From the NCBI RefSeq assembly GCF_035084215.1, contig NC_090329.1, positions 123,256,001 through 123,320,000 on the forward strand: a DNA stretch of 64,000 bases, given 5' to 3'. The notes beneath the pieces are model-generated. The model did not search any database, was not told the origin of the DNA, and saw nothing but the letters and a program-made list of their open reading frames with translations. Positions within the stretch are counted from its first letter, which is position 1. The number at the start of each line of letters is the position of its first letter. Shown here one piece after another: positions 20,250-32,519 of the stretch. A program made the translations under genes and the position numbers. Source of the stretch: Heptranchias perlo (lineage: Eukaryota).

Positions 20250-23198
20250 CTAGTCCCAATTGCCTGCACTTGGCCCATATCCCTCTATATCCATCTTACC
20301 CTTGTAACTGTCCAAATGCTTTTTAAAAGACAAAATTGTACCAGCCTCTACTACTGCCTCTGGCAGCTCGTTCCAGACACTCACCACCCTTTGAGTGAAA
20401 AAATTGCCCCTCTGGACCCTTTTGTATCTCTTCCCTCTCACCTTAAATCTATGCCCCCTCGTTATAGACTCCCCTACCTTTGGGAAAAGATTTTGACTAT
20501 CTACCTTATCTATGCCCCTCGTTATTTTATAGACTTCTATAAGATCACCCCTAAACCTCCTACTCTCCAGGGAAAAAAGTCTCAGTCTATCCAACCTCTC
20601 CCTATAAGTCAAACCATCAAGTCCCGGTAGCATCCTAGTAAATCTTTTCTGCACTCTTTTTCTAGTTTAATAATATCCTTTCTATAATAGGGTGACCAGA
20701 ACTGTACACAGTATTCCAAGTGTGGCCTTAATAATGTCTTGTACAACTTCAACAAGACATCCCAACTCCTGTATTCAATGTTCTGACCAATGAAACCAAG
20801 CATGCTAAATGCCTTCTTCACCACCCTTTCCACCTGTGACTCCACTTTCAAGGAGCTATGAACCTGCACTCCTAGATCTCTTTGTTCTATAACTCTCCCC
20901 AACGCCCTACCATTAACGGAGTAGGTCCTGGTCCGATTTGATCTACCAAAATGCATCACCTCACATTTATCTAAATTAAACTCCATCTGCCATTCATCGG
21001 CCCACTGGCCCAATTTATCAAGATCCCGTTGCAATCCTAGATAACCTTCTTCACTGTCTACAATGCCACCAATCTTGGTGTCATCTGCAAACTTACTAAC
21101 CATGTCTCCTAAATTCTCATCCAAATCATTAATATAAATAACAAATAACAGCGGACCCAGCACCGATCCCTGAGGCACACCGCTGGTCACGGGCCTCCAG
21201 CTTGAAAAACAACCCTCTACAACCACCCTCTGTCTTCTGCCGTCAATCCAATTTTGTATCCAATTGGCTACCTCACCTTGGATCCCGTGAGATTTAACCT
21301 TATATAACAACCTACCATGTGGTACCTTGTCAAAGGCTTTGCTAAAGTCCATGTAGACCACGTCTACTGCACAGCCCTCATCTATCTTCTTGGTTACCCC
21401 TTCAAAAAACTCAATCAAATTCGTGAGACATGATTTTCCTCTCAAAACCATGCTGACTGTTCCTAATCAGTCCCTGCCTCACCAAATGCCTATAGATCCT
21501 GTCTCTCAGAATACCCTCTAACAACTTACCCACTACAGATGTCAGGCTCACCGGTCTGTAGTTCCCAGGCTTTTCCCTGCCGCCCTTCTTAAACAAAGGC
21601 ACAACATTTGCTACCCTCCAATCTTCAGGCACCTCACCTGTAGTTGTCGATGATTCAAATATCTCTGCTAGGGGACCCGCAATTTCCTCCCTAACCTCCC
21701 ATAACGTCCTGGGATACATTTCATCAGGTCCCGGAGATTTATCTACCTTGATGCGCGTTAAGACTTCCAGCACCTCCCTCTCTGTAATATGTACACTCCT
21801 CAAGACATCACTATTTATTTCCCCAAGTTCCCTAACATCCATGCCTTTCTCAACCGTAAATACCGATGTGACATATTCATTTAGGATCTCACCCGTCTCT
21901 TGTGGTTCCGCACATAGATGACCTTGTTGATCCTTAAGAGGCCCTACTCTCTCCCTAGTTACTCTTTTGCCCTTTATGTATTTGTAGAAGCTCTTTGGAT
22001 TCTCCTTTGCCTTATCTGCCAAAGCAATCTCATGTCCCCTTTTTGCCCTCCTGATTTCTCTCTTAACTCTACTCCAGCAATCTCTATACTCTTCAAGGGA
22101 TCCACTTGATCCCAGCTGCCTATGCATGTCATATGCCTCCTTCTTCTTTTTGACTAGGGCCACAATCTCCCGAGTCATCCAAGGTTCCCTACTTCTACCA
22201 GCCTTGCCCTTCACTTTATAAGGAATGTGCTTACCCTGAACCCTGGTTAACACACTTTTGAAAGCCTCCCACTTACCAGACTTCCCTTTGCCTGCCAACA
22301 GACTCTCCCAATCAACTTCTGAAAGTTCCTGTCCAATACCATCAAAATTGGCCTTTCCCCAATTTAGAATTTTAACTTTTGGGCCAGACCTATTATTCTC
22401 CATAGCTATCTTAAAACTAATGGAATTATGATCACTGGTCCCAAAGTGATCCCTCATTAACACTTCTGTCACCTGCCCTTCCTTATTTCCCAAGAGGAGG
22501 TCAAGTTTTGCCCCCTCTCTAGTCGGGCCATCCACATACTGAATGAGAAATTCCTCCTGAATACACTCAACAAATTTCTCTCCATCCAAGCCCCTAATGC
22601 TATGGCTGTCCCAGTCAATGTTGGGAAAGTTAAAGTCCCCTACTATTACCACCCTATTTTTCTTGCAGCTGTCTGTAATCTCCTTACATATTTGCTCCTC
22701 AATTTCCCGTTGACTATTTGGGGGTCTGTAGTACAATCCTATCAAAGTGATCTCTCCCTTCTTATTTTTCAGTTCTACCCATATAGACTCAGTGGGCGAA
22801 CCCTTGGATATATCCCCTCTCACTACTGCCATGATGTTCTCCCTAATCAAGAACGCAACTCCCCCTCCTCTCTTACCTCCTGCTCTATCTTTCCTATAGC
22901 ATCTGTACCCTGGAACATTGAGCTGCCAGTCCTGCCCCTCCCTTAGCCATGTTTCAGTAATAGCTATAACATCCCAGTCCCATGTGCCCATCCATGCCCT
23001 GAGTTCATCCGCCTTGCCCATCAGACTTCTTGCATTGAAATAAATGCAGTTTAATCTAGACTTCCCTTGGACTTTGCCCTGCTTTCTCAGACCATCTGTC
23101 CGGTCATGTTCTGTACACTCTCCCTTACTGCCTTTTGTTTCTGTCACCACTTTACTTCCCACTGACTTCCTGCATCGGTTCCCATCCCCCTGCCACAT
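20250..23198 (-). pseudogene. CR1 ORF2 (APE endonuclease plus reverse transcriptase) with two frameshifts (about 21440 and 20655)
   Basis: YFNARSL, IAITETWL, YYRPP, GDFN, LDLLL, SDHN, KSPGPD, NYRPVSLTS, DFSKAFD, GVPQGSVLGP, FADD. Confidence 0.95.
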
Positions 23199-24145
23199 TA
23201 GTTTAAACCCTCCCCAACAGCACTGGCAAACACTCCCCCTAGGACATTGGTTCCAGTCCTGCCCAGATGCAGACCGTCCAATTTGTACTGGTCCCACCTC
23301 CCCCAGAACCGGTTCCAATGGCCCAGGAATTTGAATCCCTCCCTCTTGCACCATCTCTCAAGCCACGTATTCATCCTAGCTATCCTGTCATTCCTACTCT
23401 GACCAGCCTGTGGCACTGGTAGCAATCCTGAGATTACTACCTTTGAGGTCCTACTTTTTAGTTTAACTCCTAACTCCCTAAATTCAGCTTGTAGGACCTC
23501 ATCCCATTTTTTACCTATATCGTTGGTACCTATATGCACCACGACAACTGGCTGTTCACCCTCCCCCTCCAGAATGTCCTGCAGCCGCTCCGAGACATCC
23601 CTGACCCTTGCACCAGGGAGGCAACATACCATCCTGGAGTCTCGGTTGCGTCCGCAGAAACGCCTGTCTATTCCCCTTACAATCGAGTCCCCTATCACTA
23701 TAGCTCTGCCACTCTTTTTCCTGCCCTCCTGTGCAGCAGAGCCAGCCACGGTGCCATGAACCTGGCCACTGCCACCTTCCTCTGGTGAGCCATCTCCCCC
23801 AACAGTATCCAAAACGGTATATCTGTTTGAGAGGGAGATGGCCGCAGGGGACCCCTGCACTGCCTTCCTACTCTTCCTCTATCTGTTGGTCACCCATTCA
23901 CTATCTCCCTCAGTAATTTTTATCTGTGGTGTGACCAACTCACTGAACGTGCGATCCACGGCTTCCTCAGCATCGCGGATGCTCCAAAGTGAGTCCATCC
24001 GCAGCTCCAGAGCCGTCAAGCGGTCAAACAATAGCTGCAGCTGGACACACTTCCCGCAGGTGAAGGAATCAGGGATACAGGAAGGAGCCCTGAATTCCCA
24101 CATCCCACAAGAGGAACATGACACGGCTCTGGGATCTCCTGCCAT
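23198..24145 (-). pseudogene. CR1 ORF1: CxxC-CxxC zinc finger/coiled coil plus SGNH (GDSL) esterase, with one in-frame stop at 23879-23881
   Basis: CSSC..CGKC; IVIGDSIVRG, CLPGA, HIGTND, DGLHL. ORFs 23879..24145 and 23198..23860 share a frame. Confidence 0.92.
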
Positions 24146-24209
24146 GACTTAACCCTTAAGTTAGCTCAACAACAAATACAATGTCAAGAAAAAAAAAAGG
24201 AAAGAAAAA

Positions 24210-24385
24210 CTACTTACCAGTCACCAGCCAATCACTTACCTGTTGGCTGTGACTTCGTGCCTCCAGCAGCTGCAGCTGAAATAAACTAAAGACTTAAAAA
24301 AAAAGACGGTTAAAGAAACCCTCACTCGCGAGCAGCAATCAGCCCCTCCCCTTGTGCTGACGTCACTTTTGATTGTCTTACCTCG
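24210..24385 (-). promoter_or_regulatory. CR1 5' UTR motifs: CRE palindrome, CCAAT box and splice-donor-like ggtaag sites
   Basis: TGACGTCA at 24358-24365, gccaatca near 24227, cttacc (= ggtaag) near 24213, 24235 and 24378. Confidence 0.4.
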
Positions 24386-24435
24386 CTCCTTGAAGCCCCG
24401 AACACTTTATCACTGATCCGGCGCTCCGGCACACG

Positions 24436-27400
24436 GCCCCCGACTCACCGCCCCCGACTCACCGCCCCCGACTCCGACACACCGCACCCGACTCCGACAC
24501 ACCGCCCCCGACTCCGACTCACCGCCCCCGACTCCGACTCACCGCCCCCGACTCCGACACACCGCCCCCGACTCCGACACACCGCCCCCGACTCCGACAC
24601 ACTGCCCCCGACTCCGACTCACCGCCCCCGACTCCGACACACTGCCCCCGACTCCGACACACCGCCCCCGACTCAGACACACTGCCCCCGACTCCGACAC
24701 ACCGCCCCCGACTCCGACACACTGCCCCCGACTCCGACACACCGCCCCCGACTCAGACACACTGCCCCCGACTCCGACACACCGCCCCCGACTCCGACAC
24801 ACCGCCCCCGACTCCGACACACTGCCCCCGACTCCGACTCACCGCCCCCGACTCCGACACACCGCCCCCGACTCCAACACACCGCCCCCGACTCCGACTC
24901 ATCGCCCCCGACTCCGACACACCGCCCCCGACTCCGACACACCGCCCCCGACTCACCGCCCCCGACTCCGACACACTGCACCCGACTCCGACACACCGCC
25001 CCCGACTCCGACTCACCGCCCCCGACTCACCGCCCCCGACTCCGACACACCGCCCCCGACTCCGACTCACCGCCCCCGACTCCGAGACACCGCCCCCGAC
25101 TCCGACACACCGCCCCCGACTCCGAAACACCGCCCCCGACTCCGACACACCGCCCCCGACTCCGACTCACCGCCCCCGACTCCGACACACCGCCCCCGAC
25201 TCCGACTCACCGCCCCCGACTCCGAAACACCGCCCCCGACTCCGACACACCGCCCCCGACTCCGACTCACCGCCCCCGACTCCGACACACCGCCCCCGAC
25301 TCCGACACACCGCCCCCGACTCCGACACACCGCCCCCGACTCCGGCACACCGCCCCCGACTCCGACTCACCGCCCCCGACTCCGACAGACCGCCCCCGAC
25401 TCCGACTCACCGCCCCCGACTCCGACTCACCGCCCCCGACTCCGACACACCGCCCCCGACTCCGACTCACCGCCCCCGACTCCGACACACCGCCCCCGAC
25501 TCCGACACACCGCCCCCGAATCCGACACACCGCCCCCGACTCCAACTCACCGCCCCCGACTCCGACACACCGCCCCCGACTCCGACACACCGCCCCCGAC
25601 TCCGACACACCGCCCCCGACTCACCGCCCCCGGCTCACCGCACCCGACTCAGACACACTGCCCCCGACTCCGACACACCGCCCCCGACTCCGACACACTG
25701 CCCCCGACTCCGACACACTGCCCCCGACTCCGACTCACCGCCCCCGACTCCGACACACCGCCCCCGACTCCGACACACCGCCCCCGAATCCGACACACCG
25801 CCCCCGACTCCGACACACCGCCCCCGACTCACCGCCCCCGACTCCGACACACCGCCCCCGACTCCGACACACCGCCCCCGAATCCGACACACCGCCCCCG
25901 ACTCCGACACACCGCCCCCGACTCACCGCACCCGACTCCGACACACTGCCCCCGACTCCGACACACCGCCCCCGACTCCGACACACCGCCCCCGACTCCG
26001 ACACACCGCCCCCGACTCACCGCCCCCGACTCCGACACACCGCCCCCGACTCGGACACACCGCCCCCGACTCACCACCCCCGACTCCGACACACCGCCCC
26101 CGACTCCGACACACCGCCCCCGACTACGACACACCGCCCCCGACTCACCGCCCCCGACTCCGACACACCGCCCCCGACTCCGACACACCGCCCCCGACTC
26201 CGACACACCGCCCCCGACTCACCGCCCCCGACTCCGACACACCGCCCCCGACTCCGACTCACCGCCCCCGACTCCGACACACCGCCCCCGACTCCGACAC
26301 ACCGCCCCCGACTCCGACTCACCGCCCCCGACTCCGACACACCGCCCCCGACTCTGACACACCGCCCCCGACTCCGACTCACCGCCCCCGACTCCGACAC
26401 ACCGCCCCCGACTCCGACTCACCGCCCCCGACTCCGACACACCGCCCCCGACTCCGACACACCGCCCCCGACTCCGACAGACCGCCCCCGACTCCGACAC
26501 ACCGCCCCCGACTCCGACTCACCGCCCCCGACTCCGACACACCGCCCCCGACTCACCGCCCCCGACTCACCGCCCCCGACTCACCGCCCCCGACTCCGAC
26601 TCACCGCCCCCGACTCCGACTCACCGCCCCCGACTCCGACTCACCGCCCCCCACTCCGACACACTGCCCCGGACTCCGACACACCGCCCCCGACTCACCG
26701 CCCCCGACTCCGACTCACCGCCCCCGACTCCGACACACCGCCCCCGACTCCGACTCACCGCCCCCGACTCCGACACACCGCCCCCGACTCCGACTCACCG
26801 CCCCCGACTCCGACACACCGCCCCCGACTCACCGCCCCCGACTCCGACACACCGCCCCCGACTCGGACACACCGCCCCCGACTCACCACCCCCGACTCCG
26901 ACACACTGCCCCCGACTCCGACACACCGCCCCCGACTACGACACACCGCCCCCGACTCACCGCCCCCGACTCCGACACACCGCCCCCGACTCCGACACAC
27001 CGCCCCCGACTCCGACACGCCGCCACCGACTCCGACTCACCGCCCCCGACTCCGACACACCGCCCCCGACTCCGACACACCGCCCCCGACTCCGACACAC
27101 CGCCCCCGACTCCGACTCACCGCCCCCGACTCCGATACACCGCCCCCGACTCCGACACACCGCCCCCGACTCCGACTCACCGCCCCCGACTCCGACACAC
27201 CGCCCCCGACTCTGACACACCGCCCCCGACTCCGACTCACCGCCCCCGACTCCGACACACCGCCCCCGACTCCGACACACCGCCCCCGACTCCGACACAC
27301 CGCCCCCGACTCCGACAGACCGCCCCCGACTCCGACACACCGCCCCCGACTCCGACTCACCGCCCCCGACTCCGACACACCGCCCCCGACTCCGACACAC

Positions 27401-29609
27401 CGCCCCCGACTCACCGCCCCCGACTCACCGCCCCCGACTCACCGCCCCCGACTCCGACTCACCGCCCCCGACTCCGACTCACCGCCCCCGACTCCGACTC
27501 ACCGCCCCGACTCCGACTCACCGCCCCCCACTCCGACACACTGCCCCGGACTCCGACACACCGCCCCCGACTCACCGCCCCCGACTCCGACTCACCGCCC
27601 CCGACTCCGACACACCGCCCCCGACTCCGACTCACCGCCCCCGACTCCGACTCACCGCCCCCGACTCCGACTCACCGCCCCCGACTCCGACGCACCGCCC
27701 CCGACTCCGACTCACCGCCCCCGACTCCGACACACTGCCCCCGACTCCGACACACCGCCCCCGACTCACCGCCCCCGACTCCGACTCACCGCCCCCGACT
27801 CCGACACACCGCCCCCGACTCCGACTCACCGCCCCCGACTCCGACACACTGCCCCCGACTCCAACACACTGCCCCCGACTCCGACACACCGCCCCCGACT
27901 CCGACACACCGCCCCCGACTCCGACTCACCACCCCCGACTCACCGCCCCCGACTCCGACACACCGCCCCCGACTCCGACTCACCGCCCCCGACTCCGACT
28001 CACCGCCCCCGACTCCGACACACCGCCCCCGACTCCGACTCACCGCCCCCGACTCACCGCCCCCGACTCCGACACACCGCCCCCGACTCCGACACACCGC
28101 CCCCGACTCCGACACACCGCCCCCGACTCCGACACACCGCCCCCGACTCCGACACACCGCCCCCGAATCCGACACACCGCCCCCGACTCCGACACACCGC
28201 CCCCGACTCCGACACACAGCCCCCGACTCCGACACACCGCCCCCGACTCCGACACACCGCCCCCGACTCCGACACACCGCCCCCGACTCACCGCCCCCGA
28301 CTCCGACACACCGCCCCCGACTCCGACTCACTGCCCCCGACTCCGACACACCGCCCCCGACTCCGACTCACCGCCCCCGACTCCGACTCACCGCCCCCGA
28401 CTCCGACACACCGCCCCCGACTCCGACTCACCGCCCCCGACTCCGACACACCGCCCCCGACTCACCGCCCCCGACTCCGACTCACCGCCCCCGACTCCGA
28501 CTCACCGCCCCCGACTCCGACTCACCGCACCCGACTCCGACTCACCGCCCCCGACTCCGACACACTGCCCCCGACTCCGACACACCGCCCCCGACTCCGA
28601 CACACCGCCCCCGACTCCGACTCACCGCCCCCGACTCACCGCCCCCGACTCCGACTCACCGCCCCCGACTCCAACACACCGGCCCCGACTCTGACACACC
28701 GCCCCCGACTCACCGCCCCCGACTCCAACACACCGCCCCCGACTCCGACACACCGCCCCCGACTCACCGCCCCCGACTCCGACACACTGCCCCCGACTCC
28801 AACACACCGCCCCCGACTCCGACACACCGCCCCCGACTCACCGCCCCCGACTCCGACACACCGCCCCCGACTCCGACACACCGCCCCCGACTCCGACACA
28901 CCGCCCCCGACTCACCGCCCCCGACTCCGACTCACCGCCCCCGACTCCGACTCACCGCCCCCGACTCCGACACACCGCCCCCGACTCCGACACACCGCCC
29001 CCGACTCCGACTCACCGCCCCCGACTCCGACACACCGCCCCCGACTCCGACTCACCGCCCCCGACTCCGACTCACCGCCCCCGACTCCGACACACCGCCC
29101 CCGACTCACCGCCCCCGACTCCGACACACTGCCCCCGACTCCGACACACCGCCCCCGACTCCGACACACCGCCCCCAACTCACCGCCCCCGACTCCGACA
29201 CACCGCCCCCGACTCCGACACACCGCCCCCGACTCACCGCCCCCGACTCCGACTCACCGCCCCCGACTCCGACTCACCGCCCCCGACTCCGACTCACCGC
29301 CCCCGACTCCGACACACAGCCCCCGACTCCGACACACCGCCCCCGCCCCCGACTCACCGCCCCCGACTCCGACTCACCGCCCCCGACTCCGACACACAGC
29401 CCCCGACTCCGACACACAGCCCCCGACTCCGACACACCGCCCCCGCCCCCGACTCACCGCCCCCGACTCCGACTCACCGCCCCCGACTCCGACGCACCGC
29501 CCCCGACTCCGACTCACCGCCCCCGACTCCGACACACCGCCCCCGACTCCGACACACCGCCCCCGACTCCGACACACCGCCCCCGACTCCTACTCACCGC
29601 CCCCGACTC
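24436..29609. repeat. GC-rich minisatellite, 20-bp unit cgcccccgactccgac(a/t)cac with a 14-bp variant cgcccccgactcac
   Basis: Direct tandem repetition over about 5.2 kb. Confidence 0.98.
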
Positions 29610-29626
29610 TGAACAAGTCCGCTCCT

Positions 29627-29810
29627 TATCAAAAAGAGCAGTGGTCCTAATACTGACCCCTGGGGAGCACCACTGTAAACTTCCCTTCGGTCTGAAAAAC
29701 AACCGTTCACCACTACTCTCTGCTTTCTGTCCCGTAGCCAATTTTGTATCCACACTGCCACTGTCCCTTCAATCCCAGGGGCATTAATTTTGCTAACAAG
29801 TCTATTATGT
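29627..29810 (-). mobile_element. 5' continuation of host CR1 19205-20173
   Basis: Minus strand encodes WIQNWL....RVVVNGCFSD....SGAPQGSVLGPLLFLI, directly preceding NDLDLG. Confidence 0.85.
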
Positions 29811-31271
29811 TTATATTATTACCGGGTTCCTCTAGTCACTCTCTGTCTGTATTATTACAGGGTACCTCTACTCACCATCTGTCTATATTATTACAGGGTA
29901 CCTCTACTCACTATCTGTCTATATTATTACAGGGTACCTCTACTCACTATCTATTTATATTATTACAGGGTACCTCTACTCACTATCTGTCAATATTATT
30001 ACAGGGTACCTCTACTCACTATCTGTCTATATTATTACAGGGTACCTCTACTCACTATCTGTCTATATTATTACAGGGTACCTCTACTCACTATCTGTCT
30101 ATATTATTACAGGGTACCTCTACTCACTATCTGTCTATATTATTACAGGGTACCTCTACTCACTATCTGTCTATATTATTACAGGGTACCTCTACTCACT
30201 ATCTGTCTGTATTATTACAGTGTACCTCTACTCACTATCTGTCTATATTATTACAGGGTACCTCTACTCACTATCTGTCTGTATTATTACAGGGTACCTC
30301 TACTCACTATCTGTCTATATTATTACAGGGTACCTCTACTCACTATCTGTCTGTATTATTACAGGGTATCTCTACCCACTATTATTACAGGGTACCTCTA
30401 CTCACTATCTATTTATATTATTACAGGGTACCTCTACCCACTATCTGTTTATATTATTACAGGGTACCTCTACCCACTATCTGTTTATATTATTACAGGG
30501 TACCTCTACTCACTATCTGTCTATATTATTACAGGGTACCTCTACTCACTGTCTATTTATATTATTACAGGGTACCTCTACTCACTTTCTATTTATATTA
30601 TTACAGGGTACCTCTACTCACTATCTGTTTATATTATTACAGGGTACCTTTACTCACTATCTGTCTATATTATTACAGGGTACCTCTACTATCTATCTGT
30701 CTATATTATTACAGGGTACCTCTACTCACTATCTGTCTATATTATTACAGGGTACCTCTACTCACTATCTATTTATATTATTACAGGGTACCTCTACTCA
30801 CTATCTATTTATATTATTACAGGGTACCTCTACTCACTATCTATTTATATTATTACAGGGTACCTCTACTCACTATCTATTTATATTATTACAGGGTACC
30901 TCTACTCACTATCTATTTATATTATTACAGGGTACCTCTACTCACTATCTGTCTATATTATTACAGGGTACCTGTACTCACTATCTGTCTATATTATTAC
31001 AGGGTACCTCTACTCAATATCTGTTTATATTATTACAGGGTACCTCTACTCACTATCTATTTATATTATTACAGGGTACCTCTACTCACTATCTGTCTAT
31101 ATTATTACAGGGTACCTGTACTCACTATCTGTCTATATTATTACAGGGTACCTCTACTCACTATCTATTTATATTATTACAGGGTACCTCTACTCACTAT
31201 CTATTTATATTATTACAGGATACCTCTACTCACTATCTATTTATATTATTACAGGGTACCTCTAGTCACTA
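29805..31271. repeat. 36-bp minisatellite tattattacagggtacctctactcactatctgtcta, about 40 copies
   Basis: Direct tandem repetition; 12-aa periodicity in the ORF track. Confidence 0.98.
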
Positions 31272-31880
31272 TGCCCCCACACCCTCTGGATGCGATTATC
31301 CTGCTAGCTGTCTACCCAAAATTCAGAGCTGGAGCTCCAGTTCGTATTCAGCAGGACTATCTGGAACGGGGTTCAAACTTTGACCTTCTGAGTCAGAGGC
31401 GGGAAGGCTACCGCTCGCTCTCTCTACCAGCAGCGACAGTGATTACTCCTTGCCTTATGCAAGTGCCTCTGCTGGAATCTCAGGAGCCCTCCTTCCATTG
31501 TTTGGAGCCCACAGATGTGCATTTAGGTCGAGCAGATGAAATGTGGGAGGCGATATACTGCCCTTATTGCTGGGTTCTGGCTCGTTTGTAGCCTCTCGAT
31601 CTGCGGCTGACTTGCAGTGACCCAGGCTGGATGGCCGGATGGCCTATTCCAGGACTGGGTGGGTGGTAGGCTTTGTACAGCCTGAGCTAAGTTCTGGGGC
31701 TGACTCTATGCTTCTTTCCATGGAGTTCTCAGAACTGGCCTGGCCTGGCTGATACCCTGGCAGTGAGGTGCCGTGTGTGAGCCATTTCATCTGGAAATTC
31801 ATCTCCAGGAACTTCTGCTGTCAGCTGCCCTTGATTGGTTTTGACAGCAGCTCAGTCCTCATGCCCAATTTCTTGTGCTT

Positions 31881-32038
31881 GCTCTAGGGGGAGCGGCACG
31901 GGCTGTGCCCGCACTGGGGGGAGCGGCACGGGCTGTGCCCGCTCTGGGGGGAGCGGCACGGGCTGTGCCCGCTCTGGGGGGAGCGGCACGGGCTGTGCCC
32001 GCTCTGGGGGGAGCGGCACGGGCTGTGCCCGCTCTGGG
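31881..32038. repeat. 30-bp hairpin-unit minisatellite, 5 copies
   Basis: gagcggcacgggctgtgcccgctctggggg at 31891, 31921, 31951, 31981 and 32011. Confidence 0.95.
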
Positions 32039-32519
32039 CTTAAACAGACCTTTCCGTTGGCTGCCCATTCCTCCAGCTCATCGCCATCTCTGGAGCTTTT
32101 CCGATGCTATTTTCTGAACCCATTGGAGGATAGCCAAATGGCGACAATATCACAAAGTGTGAGCAAGACCCAATCCTTTGGGGTGTTGAAGTGCCATTGA
32201 CATAAATAAGTGCCATTGACATAAATGAGGAACAGGAGTGGGTTTTGAACCGAGGAACCCCTGCCATTGGGCAAAGCCTAGTGTAAACTGCTGGTGCCCA
32301 CTCTGACACCAGTCGTGCACTCTGCTTGGAAACTCGATATCCATCGGATCAGCTCACTGGGAATGTTGAGCTGGGAGACGGCGTATCACGGTTCATCGCA
32401 CCCAACCTCATCAAAAGCCTTTTCCTCAAAAGAGTGCGCACCCTTTCGTGTTAATGGCTCGGAGAATGTGCTCTGATAGTCCTGAACCCAGAATACATGT
32501 ATCCTTTCCAGGGATCAAT

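Larger units (their letters stand above)
20172..29625 (-). mobile_element. Full-length young CR1 LINE, with the 5' GC-rich tandem array inside the same insertion
   Basis: Tail ttctatgattcta, ORF2, ORF1, 5' UTR, tandem array and a short unique cap are all bounded by the two halves of the host CR1. Confidence 0.85.

Noticed and set aside
24519-29577. Many SESGAVCRSRGR ORFs
   Set aside because: Translations of the 20-bp tandem repeat.
29744-31591. 615-, 491- and 387-aa ORFs as real proteins
   Set aside because: Products of a stop-free 36-bp unit open in all three frames; no domain or splice support.
31881-32038. CRISPR-like palindromic 30-bp repeats
   Set aside because: No unique spacers, no cas genes, and a vertebrate context.
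32189-32226. 19-bp tandem duplication aagtgccattgacataaat
   Set aside because: Simple local duplication with no intervening element or other support for function.
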